Source of the DNA: Amphiscolops sp. MND2022
Lineage: Eukaryota
Assembly: GCA_964187785.1 (NCBI GenBank)
Contig: OZ076409.1
Span: 87,422,001-87,486,000, forward strand
Direction of reading: 5' to 3'
Length of the DNA stretch: 64,000 nt
Position numbers and translations under genes: made by a program. The notes under the pieces were generated by a model. It was not told where the DNA came from. It saw only the letters and a list, made by a program, of their open reading frames with translations, and made no database searches. This document shows positions 33,985 to 47,036 of the stretch, piece by piece (position 1 is the stretch's first letter; the number at the start of each line of letters is the position of its first letter).

Positions 33985-36761
33985 GGAGATAACCCGGACA
34001 AAATTGCATGACACTCATTCAAAACAAAAATCCTTCGTATATGACTTCGTCCTTTGAAACTGTCTAAGTAACTCTCTCAATTCTGATTGGTCGAGAAGCT
34101 TAGCTAAGACCCATTTGACCTGAATTCGTATCACCCTCAAAGTTGCATGTTTAAGTTTCTGCCTAAAATAACTTTTGAAGTATTGAATAATCAACCCTTG
34201 ATAAAAAAATATACTCTTTAACGCTTAAAATAAGAGATACGTTTGTCCCTGAAGTTTTTTGCTATATATAACTACAAGGAACAAAATTTCAAGGGTGATG
34301 GAATTTATTCGTCAAAAAAAAAGAGAGCGAAATGAAAATTGAAAAGGTGTTAATTCACTTGGGGAACCTTTTTTAAACTTTTCAACTGCTGTTCAATGCG
34401 CCAATGCCCATTGCCCGCTGTGTGCTTTGATAAAAAAAGGCCTGGAAAAATCTTGTTTTTTTCTCAAAAATGCTCACTTCAAATGCTTCACTAAGTATAC
34501 TTTACTTAAAATGGTTGACCAAGTATACTCAAATGCAACACATTACAATGATGTGAGTTCTTCGATGTTGGGTTGACTATGTTAACTGCAGCTGTGTCGA
34601 ATAGTTTCACACCTCACTGCCTGTAATTGGTTGTGGTTCTCCAGGGGCTTCTTTGATTCAATGCTGAAACAACAATATTTATCAGTAAGGACATATTTTC
34701 TCAGCGTCCTACAAATTGGAAGTCTCACTAAGGTTTTGCCTGGTACTTGAGGAATCAATGTAAAAAATAACTCGTACTCTTGAATAAAAACCATATTCAT
34801 GCGTATGAAGCATCTCATTAATACCGCTATATTAAGGTAACCACCTTCTATATGAGAAAACAATTTGTGCAACTTTCTGTCAGTTTGAAGTAAAGAAAAA
34901 CCAAAATCGATGATTGATACCTTCTTAAACGTTCTACTCGGTGAGTTCTGCATTGAAGTATAGATTTTGTTGCAATGTCACAATATGACGTATCATCAAT
35001 TTCTACCGGTAGTACTGAGTCAAATCTGGTTTCATTCACCTGTTCACGATGAATTTGTTCTGTTGTTGATGAGTTTTACCTTCAGTTTTGTGAGATGAAG
35101 CGTCTGTTAAACTCTTTATTCAACAGTTTTCTGAGTTTTCAGGACGTCAAAATCTGTGATAATAAGTGAAAATTGCTCATGACTCACAAGGACAAGAGAT
35201 CGAAAGAATACAACTGGTTTCATTTGACAATTGTATATATTTTAACTTCAAAAATGGGACAGAGAAAGGCAATACTGATACAATTCATAAACACTATTTT
35301 AGTGTCATAACTGCTGGATAATGAGTTCCATAAGTTTGCTTCAAGAGATCTACTGGAAACTGATTGACTTTAATGTTCACCTCTCTCTGGATGTTTTGGA
35401 TTTATGACCTCCAGTAATTTCCTCAGGGTGAAACCGGATGGCTAATATGATTAGATCTCTTCTTGATGACCTAATTATGTATTAACTGTATCGACAATTT
35501 TTCGAAATTTCAACATCTTTGCTCTTGAATAGAGAACTTTTATGGCGATTCAAAGACCAACACGTCGCAGATGGAGAATCTTTATTCAATCGATAGAACT
35601 TGTTTGAAGTGGCTCCAAAATATTGCTCTTTTGTATTGGAATCACTGGCAGCAGAACATATTTTTGGAGGAAATACCATGCGTGTTAAACTAGTTACTGA
35701 TCGTACTTCGACAGCTTTGTTAAATCGCTGGAGAAAGATTCGGTGAAATTAGTGAAACATTGCTCTAAGCTTTCCCATTGAAAGTACGGTTGTTTCCCGA
35801 AATTAACTGGACGTCAGTGAGAGAGCTAATACAAATGAATGCTCAATTTCACATAGAAGTGTGCTATAGATGTTGTCCATCAATGGTTTGCTGCTATAAA
35901 AGCTAGAAATATCTTTACTTGAATAAAGGAGACGTTCCCTTGCGCTTTGAATAGTTGACCAACCATCGAAATTTTTGTTTCACTGAGAACTCATGGAGTC
36001 TTGGTTGGCTGACGCTTGGAGCTGCATTTTTACGAGTAGCAGAATTGATGAATTGAGACCATTGTCGGTAATTCAAATATGCTGTTGACTGGTGTAGAAG
36101 AAGAAGCTGCCAAGAGCGTGTGTGCTTGCATATGTAAGGACACGACGGTGGACCTTTGCAGGCGCACGGCTCGAGTTGTGAGACCTAATGTAACAGCAAG
36201 CGCAGCGCTAAGCGTTTGTGACGTAACAACAGAGAGGAGGAACGAATGCCATGGATTAGGATTCGGGACCAATCACCATAACACTTGCTCATTTTGCCTT
36301 CTAAGGGTTGCCGGTCCCTAGGAGGGCGAACCGTCTTAAAGGACGCTTTCTGGCCTGGTACCAGTCTGTCACTGCTAAGAATCAATCACGGGCATTGCAC
36401 TGAGATTTGCAACCACCGCGTAGATAGCTTGTAAAAATTGTTTGGTTGTTGATAGCTGAATTTCTCCAATGGATATCTGGTAAATGCAAACACGAACAAA
36501 TGACAACAGCCCTCGAGCAAGTTACAATCTGAATACAAATACCTCACAAATTATGATAATAGAGTCCAGTTCGGCGAAAGCTGTGGATACTGGTTTGTCA
36601 TGGCTCCAGCGCTCGAGCTGGGCACAGCCCCTGGGCACAGGTAGACTCTTTAGGCTGTCATTGGAACTCTGGGTTCAGCACCGTAAAATACAGGATTCTG
36701 CTGGCAAACACCGTGGTTTGGCACGTTTTGGCTTTTTTTCTACTGTCTACACTCTCGGTCG

Positions 36762-36766
<5 letters not shown>

Positions 36767-36799
<33 letters not shown>
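36767..36799. repeat. (CT)n microsatellite
   Basis: About 16 CT units. Confidence 0.95.
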
Positions 36800-36801
<2 letters not shown>

Positions 36802-38039
36802 GCGGCTTTCTTGACCGCCTTCCTTCACTTTTTCTGACAGGTACTTCTCGCCAAATCATGCTCAGGATACCACGTAACATTTGAACGAAAGTTTCAAAAG
36901 TTGCCAAAAATTCGTTGATCACAGGATGCCGCTACATTTCAAAAGATTTCAAACAACAGACTCTCTATTTATCATTTTGCTATTTTTTTCCAAGCACCTC
37001 GTTGAGATATTCTTCATATGTGCTCGTGCAGCATGGAACTTTCTTTCTGTGTTTTGATAGTTCCAGAAATTTGGCGAGTTCCAGCAAAATTGGCGGCTTA
37101 AAAAACACCACAGCTTTATTTTCAGAGACTGTATTTTTAAATTAAAAACTGCGATTAAAAGGTTTGCTTTCAAAACTTTCGAAAGGTTCGAATCATAAAT
37201 TGATAGCTTTCATGTGAAAGAACATTTGAGCTCCTGATTCCTAACAAACTTTTTGTCAGCCGCTTTTGTTTCTGTGTCGTTTCTTTTCTTGTTGTCATCA
37301 TTTATGAACATGTTCCTTTCAATTTTAATACTCATTAATAGAGTACTGACAATCTTATCTGGCTCATTTCGTTAATTGAATTAGGCAAGGTTTATGAAAG
37401 GAAAATCATAAACGAATAACGTTACGCTATCATTCACTATTACCTGTTTTTGACACTTTTCTGATCTGAATTCTAAACTTTTTTATTCGGTTCCAAGTGC
37501 GGAGCTTTATGGCTCTGCATGCGCGATTCCATGCATGGCACCATGGTAGCCATGCGGTTATGGTTGCATGAATGTAATCATGTGGTTGGATGGCATATTC
37601 CATATATGGAAACAGCATCATGTTATTGATTAGAACCACATACGATACATAAATTTCTATGATACTAGGGACGGGCGCAAAAAAGCTAAAAACGGAGTGT
37701 TTACCGTTTTACATAATTCTTCCCCATAATCACCCCCTTTTACCCTTTAATTACGTTTTAATTCACTTGTATTCTTTATATTATATATACACTGCCTCTT
37801 GAAATGTATTTTTATACTATTTTAAGTAGGAAATCCAGTGTTCCTTTCTACATGAGAATGTCTAGTTCTACTTTTGTGTGACCATTTGGTGATACTCAAA
37901 GATTGAACGCAATTTCAATCCGGCACAATTTTGAAAACCAATTTTACGACAAACAATTTTCATTACGACAAAACAAATTGGATCTAAATATTTCTGAAAT
38001 TCATATATGTTTTCATACCGACCAAAGCGTGAACAAAAA

Positions 38040-38966
38040 TCAAACTATTGCACAAACAGCCCCACAGGCAATTCCATTTGCCGAATAAGTTTGCAGGTAC
38101 AGTCGATTCCCATTTTCATCCACGTTGGCAACCACTCTGTCTTTTCCCGTGGCTTTTCCCGGCTGATTGTCTCCCCACACCAGTCGTGAATGACTCGTTT
38201 GTCCGCCAGCAATATCCCAGACCAAAGGGTCATCAGTTTTCACACCGATCCAGAAACATTCGTTTCCCAGACTAGGGTAGTAAAAGTCCAGTTGCATGGG
38301 GTCTCCAGAGAAATCCTGAGCCAACTGGCCGGAGCTCTCGCCACAGGTTTTCGCCGCTTCGTCAAAACCTGATTTCTCAGGTATAAACTTAAGCCATCTT
38401 GTAATCTGCATTTGGGTCCCGTTGCAAGTTTCCTGGCTAAAACCACCATGAGCTGCAGGGAAACATTCTCTCAATCTAGCTTTTTTGAATTGAAATTTAA
38501 TTCCACTTAGAGTTTCTTCTTCACTCCATGATGTCCATTCGGAATCCTGTCGCTTCAAATTTATTGCGCAAAAGTTGGGATCATCGTCATTTTGGATGTT
38601 CCTGTTCCCCCCTCGCTCCATGCATTGAGGTGAGTCATCTTTTCGCATTCCCAAATAGTCGCAATTTTCGTCCCGTTGAGTGTTAGAAATGTTTGAAAAA
38701 ACATCTCCAGAGTATAAAACACAAGTTTTTGGAGGACAGAAACCAAAGGATCGGCAGTCTGGTTGTTTGAGAGAATACGTGGCACATAAAGACTTGGAAG
38801 AGTGGAATAATTTATTCAATTGATGCCCTGGAATTTTAGTTTTAATTTCGAAGTCTTCAAAAGCTACTTCCCTTGAAGCTAGCGGAAGTTTTGTTCCTCT
38901 GGTTTTGAACACAAAGAAAACAGCAAGATACAAAGATAAGCACTGGACCATATTGGAATCTTTCAT
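38040..38966 (-). CDS. Secreted protein: signal peptide, PAN/apple-like, TSP1-like and C-type lectin-like domains (single exon; ATG at 38966 or 38951)
   Basis: Hydrophobic N-terminus MVQCLSLYLAVFFVF. SKSLCATYSLKQPDCRSFGFC...CVLY (PAN-like). SEWTSWSE...RLREC...C (TSP1-like). FDEAAKTC...GQLA...FWIGV...WGDNQP...C..VC (CTLD). Confidence 0.8.
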   Translation of the reverse strand: MKDSNMVQCLSLYLAVFFVFKTRGTKLPLASREVAFEDFEIKTKIPGHQLNKLFHSSKSLCATYSLKQPDCRSFGFCPPKTCVLYSGDVFSNISNTQRDENCDYLGMRKDDSPQCMERGGNRNIQNDDDPNFCAINLKRQDSEWTSWSEEETLSGIKFQFKKARLRECFPAAHGGFSQETCNGTQMQITRWLKFIPEKSGFDEAAKTCGESSGQLAQDFSGDPMQLDFYYPSLGNECFWIGVKTDDPLVWDIAGGQTSHSRLVWGDNQPGKATGKDRVVANVDENGNRLYLQTYSANGIACGAVCAIV

Positions 38967-41900
38967 GGAATAAAAATTTTTTGACGTCAACCAAAAAATT
39001 GATTCTTATGAACTTCGACTAAAGGAAAAATTAAGTTTTAGAAATCAGTTCAATCAAGATGGTTCTTCCAGAATTAGACTTTCGATGTTTGAACGAAACA
39101 TTGATTTAAGCTTTGATCTTCGTGTCGCAATAGACGTTGCAGAAACAATTGATCGTTTTCATGAAAATTTGAAACAAAATTGATACATCTGCTGATCAAT
39201 AATTATAGTTTTATTATCATATTCGTTTTTTTCTTTTTTTTTTTAAAAAAAAGAAGTAACTCAATGGCTTAATATCAGTTTTAGTTTGAAATTGTGCGGC
39301 TTTATTGACAGAGCGTATGTTCCGTCGCCAGTGAACGGAAGGGAAAAATTTTCAACGGAATTATTTAAGGCGAAAATTCAGTTGATTTTCATTTGAGACA
39401 AATTCACGAAGAGTAAATTGTCGGGAACCTCTGCTCACCATTCCAAAAACGTCAGCATTTTCTCTATTTTTTTTGGAATGAAAATTGAAAAAAAAACATG
39501 TTAAGGGAAAATGCTGGCGCCGATCAATCTAAATTTGGTGACCAGACAAAAGTGCTCCAGACAAAAGCGCCCAAGATACATAGTCAAAAGCGCCAAATGA
39601 AATGCAAAATGAGATTTGCTGACTCTTTTCCGCCACAAACTTTAATTTTCGCACTCCAATGTATAAGTGATGAGTTTTTCATTTGGACCCTGTGTATTTA
39701 ATAATGCTTCGTTAAGAAATTAATATTTTAGGCAGAAATGTGAAGTAACAATTCAAGTGATTTTCAGGTGTGAAAATTTCAAACATGCCATTAGCAGTGA
39801 ATTAATGTTTTGATTGAACACCTTCAGTTAGATTTGAATAGGGGCAATGTCGCAAGCTGGCGTTCTGCCTATTTAAAACAATCAGGACAAAGCGTCCTAT
39901 TGACAGCGACAAACTACTTTGAACCTAATGTACTTTTGTTGGTATTTTATTTTATATAATAATAATGCATTGTTGATGATCATGAACTGGTTTGTTACTC
40001 GGATGTGTAAAATTGCAATTTGCTAGTTTGTAGATCTAGTTCAAAGACGTTGATAATAATATAAAATAGTCTGTGCTACTGTAAGTGCTAAAGGACACGC
40101 TTTCGAGTGGTATCACGATGCAGTCCAGTTGACGCGTTGTCAGCAACCTAATTGACCAATCACAGCGCGCTGTACCTTATATTTAGACAGCAGACAAACG
40201 GACGTTAAGTCCACTTCACTTTATACGTACTCAATGAACCATTAATGCAGTCAGTTTGACATGATGTCATGTATCCAAGTAAAGTAGCATTCAGAACATA
40301 TATTGTTGTTTGCATGTAAATATTTATATTTTACATTTAGATGTTTGATATTCCAGTTCACTGCGGTTTATCTAGACCATTAACTACTCTGACGCAACAA
40401 TCAATTTGTTCTTATTTATCACTTTTAACACGCGACACCTATTTCAAATTTTATGACACCCTAAACTGTGAGTGTAATGGTTTTTTTAAAATTCTTCTTT
40501 TTGTAATCAAAATTACCAGAAAAAAAAGAAACCCGCAAATAAGACAAACAAACTAATCACATACCTGAGATGAGCTCAGTTGGTTCGTACTACAGGAAAC
40601 TGACTGATGAAGCAAAGTTACTTTCAGGCATGTGCAGCCATACGCCTCTTGAGTTCAACGATAAAACATCACAACATAACATCCTATTTACTACCAACAT
40701 TTATAAGGTAAAGTAACAAACATTCTGTAAACTTACTAGAACCCAGATCATAATAAGATTCTATCTGTCGCAGCCCGTTCCCGGTCTGGGTTGTCACTGC
40801 AGAACAATCAGCTTCGGAAGAGGACATGGGTGTACATCAAAATCAACAAAGTGGTACTATTGAACTCACAAACGTCTTTAGCGAAAATAAACTAATAAAG
40901 ATCTAAAATGGACTCTGCGACTAAAGAAAGCAGAATGAAGACGTTTAAGGTACGTCCAATTCGGTTTTATTCTGCAGCTGCAATCTTATTTGAAAGAAGA
41001 ATTCCCAAAGATGATAGCCAATTGTACAATGAAAATTACATCGGAAATTAAAGAATAAAGTACTACGCCTATTCTGAGAAAGGCAGCTTAATAAGCCTTT
41101 GAAATGCAATGCATGCGAAGTTTGACGACATAACGTTGCTAAGTAATTAATTATAGTTACGCAGGCTTAGGCTACTGTTTGTCTATGACGTCACAATCTC
41201 GTGGTAGTATAACTAGTACAAGTAGTGTAACTTCCAATATACGCCCTAGTGAAGTTACTGTCTAGCTAGCAAGCCGTGTCTACTTCTGAATTTTCGTCCG
41301 CACTACGTCCACTCTAGCAGCTAGTTAGGTCTATCATGAAATTTACGCCCAAGCTACGTCCACAATGTTAAAATTAGGCAATCTAATCATTACTGAGCCC
41401 AAGAAAATATCATTTTGACAAGGACTCTCTGGCAAAATACAGTTTAATCTTACGTTTTAAGTAGTCAGTTAAGAAGTTCATAAGAGAGTCTTCGTCTTTC
41501 ATCTAACTTTGCTGTAAAATGGTGAAATTGGAAAAACCAGGATCTGAATTCTAAACTTTTTTATTCGGTTCCAAGTGCGGAGCTTTATGGCTCTGCATGC
41601 GCGATTCCATGCATGGCACCATGGTAGCCATGCGGTTATGGTTGCATGAATGTAATCATGTGGTTGGATGGCATATTCCATATATGGAAACAGCATCATG
41701 TTATTGATTAGAACCACATACGATACATAAATTTCTATGATACTAGGGACGGGCGCAAAAAAGCTAAAAACGGAGTGTTTACCGTTTTACATAATTCTTC
41801 CCCATAATCACCCCCTTTTACCCTTTAATTACGTTTTAATTCACTTGTATTCTTTATATTATATATACACTGCCTCTTGAAATGTTTTTTTTTTATACTA

Positions 41901-42119
41901 TTTTAAGTAGGAAATCCAGTGTTCCTTTCTACATGAGAATGTCTAGTTCTACTTTTGTGTGACCATTTGGTGATACTCAAAGATTGAACGCAATTTCAAT
42001 CCGGCACAATTTTGAAAACCAATTTTACGACAAACAATTTTCATTACGACAAAACAAATTGGATCTAAATATTTCTGAAAATCATTATGTTTTCATACCG
42101 ACCGAAGCGTGAACAAAAA

Positions 42120-43044
42120 TCAAACTATTGCACAAACAGCCCCACAGGCAATTCCATTTGCCGAATAAGTTTGCAGGTACAGTCGATTCCCATTTTCATC
42201 CACGTTGGCAACCACTCTGTCTTTTCCCGTGGCTTTTTCCGGCTGATTGTCTCCCCACACCAGTCGTGAATGACTCGTTTGTCCGCCAGCAATATCCCAG
42301 AGCAAAGGGTCTTCAGTTTTCACACCGATCCAGCAACATTCGTTTCCCAGCCTAGTGTAGTAAAAGTCCAGTTGCATGGGGTCTCTAGAGAAATCCTGAG
42401 CCAACTGGCCGGAGCTCTCGCCACAGGTTTTCCGCTTGGTCAAAACTTGATTTCTCAGGTATAAACTTAAGCCATCTTGTAATCTGCATTTGGGTCCCGT
42501 TGCAAGTTTCCTGGCTAAAACCACCATGAGCTGCAGGGAAACATTCTCTCAATCTAGCTTTTTTGAATTGAAATTTAATTCCACTTAGAGTTTCTTCTTC
42601 ACTCCATGATGTCCATTCGGAATCCTGTCGCGTCAAATTTATTGCGCAAAAGTTGGGATCATCGTCATTTTGGATGTTCCTGTTCCCCCCTCGCTCCATG
42701 CATTGAGGTGAGTCATCTTTTTGCATTCCCAAATAGTCGCATTTTTCGTCCCTTTGAGTGTTAGAAATGTTTGAAAAAACATCTCCAGAGTATAAAACAC
42801 AAGTTTTTGGAAGACAGAAACCAAAGGATCGGCAGTCTGGTTGTTTGAGACAATACGTGGCACATAAAGACTTGGAAGAGTGGAATAATTTATTCAATTG
42901 ATGCCCTGGAATTTTAGTTTTAATTTCGAAGTCTTCAAAAGCTACTTCCCTTGAAGCTAGCGGAAGTTTTGTTCCTCTGGTTTTGAACACAAAGAAAACA
43001 GCAAGATACAAAGATAAGCACTGGACCATATTGGAATCTTTCAT
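42120..43044 (-). pseudogene. Duplicate lectin gene with a 2-nt deletion (~42432) that frameshifts the C-type lectin domain
   Basis: TCGCCGCTTCGTC in copy 1 versus TCCGCTTGGTC in copy 2. The ORF splits into 42385-43068 and 42120-42527. Confidence 0.8.
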
Positions 43045-46000
43045 GGAATAAAAATTTTTTGACGTCAACCAAAAAATTGATTCTTATGAACTTCGACTAA
43101 AGGAAAAATTAAGTTTTAGAAATCAGTTCAATCAAGATGGTTCTTCCAGAATTAGACTTTCGATGTTTGAACGAAACATTGATTTAAGCTTTGATCTTCG
43201 TGTCCCAATAGACGTTGCAGAAACAATTGATCGTTTTCATCAAAATTTGAAACAAAATTGATACATCTGCTGATCAATAATTATAGTTTTATTCTCATAT
43301 TCGTTTTCTTCTTTTTTTTTTTTAAAAAAAAGAAGTGAATCAATGGCTTAATATCAGTTTTAGTTTGAAATTGTGCGGCTTTATTGACAGAGCGTATGTT
43401 CCGTCGCCAGTGAACAGAAGGGAAAAATTTTCAACGGAATTATTTAAGGCGAAAATTCAGTTGATTTTCATTTGAGACAAATTCACGAAGAGTAAATTGC
43501 CGGGAACCTCTGCTCACCATTCCAAAAACGGCAGCAATTTCTCTATTTTTTTGGAATGAAAATTGAAAAAAAACTTGTTAAGGGAAAATGCTGGCGCCGA
43601 TCAATCTAAATTTGGTGACCAGACAAAAGTGCTCCAGACAAAAGCGCCCAAGATACATAGTCAAAAGCGCCAAATGAAATGCAAAATGAGATTTGCTGAC
43701 TCTTTTCCGCCACAAACTTTAATTTTCGCAATCCAATGTATAAGTGATGAGTTTTTCATTTGGACCCTGTGTATTTAATAATGCTTCGTTAAGAAATTAA
43801 TACTTTCAGGCAGAAATGTGAAGTAACAATTCAAGTGATTTTCAGGTGTGAAAATTTCAAACATGCCATCAGCAGTGAATTAATGTTTTGATTGAACACC
43901 TTCAGTTAGATTTGAATAGGGGCAATGTCGCAAGCTGGCGTTCTGCCTATTTAAAACAATCAGGACAAAGCGTCCTTTTGACAGCGACAAACTACTTTGA
44001 ACCTAATGTACTTTTGTTGGTATTTTATTTTATATAATAATAATGCATTGTTGATGATCATGAACTGGTTTGTTACTCGGATGTGTAAAATTGCAATTTG
44101 CTAGTTTGTAGATCTAGTTCAAAGACGTTGATAATAATATAAAATAGTCTGTGCTACTGTAAGTGCTAAAGGACACGCTTTCGAGTGGTATCACGATGCA
44201 GTCCAGTTGACGCGTTGTCAGCAACTTAATTGACCAATCACAGCGCGCTGTACCTTATATTTAGACAGCAGACAAACGGACGTTAAGTCCACTTTACTTT
44301 ATACGTACTCAATGAACCATTAATGCAGTCAGTTTGACATGATGTCATGTATCCAAGTAAAGTAGCATTCAGAACATATATTGTTGTTTGCATGTAAATA
44401 TTTATATTTTACATTTAGATGTTTGATATTCCAGTTCACTGCGGTTTATTTAGACCATTAACTACTCTGACGCAACAATCAATTTGTTCTTATTTATCAC
44501 TTTTAACACGCGACACCTATTTCAAATTTTATGACACCCTAAACTGTGAGTGTAATGGTTTTTTTAAATTTCTTCTTTTTGTAATAAAAATTACCAGAAA
44601 AAAAAGAAACCCGCAAATAAGACAAACAAACTAATCACATACCTGAGATGAGCTCAGTTAGTTCGTACTACAGGAAACTGACTGATGAAGCAAAGTTACT
44701 TTCAGGCATGTGCAGCCATACGCCTCTTGAGTTCAACGATAAAACATCACAACATAACATCCTATTTACTACCAACATTTATGAGGTAAAGTAACAAACA
44801 TTCTGTAAACTTACTAGAACCCAGATCATAATAAGATTGTATCTGTCGCAGCCCGTCCCCGGTCTGGGTTGTCACTGCAGAACAATCAGCTTCGGAAGAG
44901 GACATGGGTTTACATCAAAATCAACAAAGTGGTACTGTTGAACTCACAAACGTCTTTAGCGAAAATGAACTAATAAAGATCTAAAATGGACTCTGCGACT
45001 AAAGAAAGCAGAATGAAGACGTTTAAGGTACGTCCAATTCGGTTTTATTCTGCAGCTGCAATCTTATTTGAAAGAAGAATTCCCAAAGATGATAGCCAAT
45101 TGTACAATGAAAATTACATCGGAAATTAAAGAATAAAGTACTACGCCTATTCTGAGAAAGGCAGCTTAATAAGCCTTTGAAATGCAATGCATGCGAAATT
45201 GGACGACATAACGTTGCTAAGTAATTAATTATAGTTACGCAGGCTTATGCTACTGTTTGTCTTTGACGTCACAATCTCGTGGTAGTATAACTAGTACAAG
45301 TAGTGTAACTTCCAATATACGCCCTAGTGAAGTTACTGTCTAGCTAGCAAGCCGTGTCTACTTCTGAATTTCCGTCCGCACTACGTCCACTCTAGCAGCT
45401 AGTTAGGTCTATCATGAAATTTACGCCCAAGCTACGTCCACAATGTTAAAATTAGGCAATCTAATCATTACTGAGCCCAAGAAAATATCATTTTGACAAG
45501 GACTCTCTGGCAAAATACAGTTTAATCTTACGTTTTAAGTAGTCAGTTAAGAAGTTCATAAGAGAGTCTTCGTCTTTCATCTAACTTTGCTGTAAAATGG
45601 TGAAATTGGAAAAACCAGGATTAGGAACGATCTTCACAAGTATACTTCGGACTAAAATATTGTCAGAATTAGCATGCGCAAGTCACAATTGATGGCTGAA
45701 ATAAGACATAATAAATGTATTTAATGTATCTGAAGATATTTTTGCGCGTAAATACTTTCATACCCAACCATTGTATCCACTCCGCATCATTTGTCACTCA
45801 TATTGAAGTCATTACGTCGTTGTTGAACTTGTCTTACATTGTTAAATGTTTTGGAATAACAATGTTTTGGTATTTCATTGCTATGTTTCTGTTTTGTTGT
45901 TAGATGAATATCAATCGTTGTCTGTTGCTGTTATAAGTGTGAAAACTACTCATAATCATCAAAATTTAATGTTAATGTTGGAATGTCAACGAATAGTTGC

Positions 46001-46428
46001 ATTGTTAAACTTAAGTTCTTAAATGTTGTACATAATTGATGTCGTCCAGACGACTGCTTGATTGTTATTATAACGTTTAGTTGGAGCTGAGAAATAATTG
46101 TGAGGATAAATCAAATCTTAGCCATATTGCTAAATTTTTTCTCTTTCTAGCATCATTTCGAATCGTCATTCTGAAGATTAGTCATAACATTTTCAAGTTG
46201 AAATTCAAAATCGGGTGTTAGTTTTTCACGCAGCGTCATCTCCGCAACAATTTCCGCGAACCGAAGCAAAACATGGAAGCATTTTCGGTTTGACAGAATA
46301 AAGTAAAATCTACTCCTTGCTCGTGAGGAAAAAAAGGACGCCGGAATGAAATGATACGATCTTGTGTGATGATTAATGTCGGAATAAAGATCTCATGACT
46401 AGATTTTAAAATTGGGAATTTGTATGAA

Positions 46429-47036
46429 TGTTACCCCGTAACGACAGGAAATGACTAAACGTTCGAGGAAAATTTAGGCACGCCTTTGTGAACAAATGAT
46501 GCTAGGAAGGTATATATAATGTCCAATTTTGTACAAGATTAATTCCTTTTGTAATTTCACATCCAACTCGACATTTTGTTTTGTTCAAACGAGTTTCTCG
46601 CGAAACTCAATCCAGGCTGTAAACTTGAACGTTTTCTTCAAACAATGTCATAAAGAAGCGAAAATAGAAGAAATGTTCTTCAAGAAAGCAACGGAAATGT
46701 AAGTGAAAGTTTGGTTTCTCCAATTGTTGTCGAAATTGAAGATCCAGCAGATCACTAGGTCTTGATAGCGAGTCCTTCCTCGCCAAATCCCCAAGCATTG
46801 AAAATAGTTCTTTAGAAAGTCTGAGTGCTTCTTTGAAAGAGGAATTATACTCTGAAATCAAGAATTTGCTCATTGAATCCCAAAGAAAACTCCTCAAAAT
46901 GCTGCTGAAACCTAAATCAAGAAAAAGAAAATGTTTCAATGAGGAAGAGAAAATGAAACGACACGTTTTTACACTCCTACTTAGTCTGTCAGAGTAAATA
47001 GTACTGAAAACAAGGACCCATGTACAAGCCGTAACA
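46429..47036 (+). mobile_element. Possible solo LTR carrying a decayed coiled-coil/gag-leader-like reading frame
   Basis: TGTTAC...GTAACA inverted ends. Internal + frame IENSSLESLSASLKEELYSEIKNLLIESQRKLLKML. No clear TSD. Confidence 0.35.

Larger units (their letters stand above)
37463..45621. repeat. Tandem segmental duplication, 2 x 4078 bp (37463-41540, 41541-45618)
   Basis: Near-identical units; GAT microhomology at 37463, 41541 and 45619. Confidence 0.95.

Noticed and set aside
34560..36400. Several short Cys-containing ORFs that might be exons of another gene
   Set aside because: No recognisable domain and no consistent splice chain could be built.
40620..40955. Apparent AG/GT-bounded exons on + within the duplicated unit
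   Set aside because: The joined frames hit stops and show no recognisable protein.
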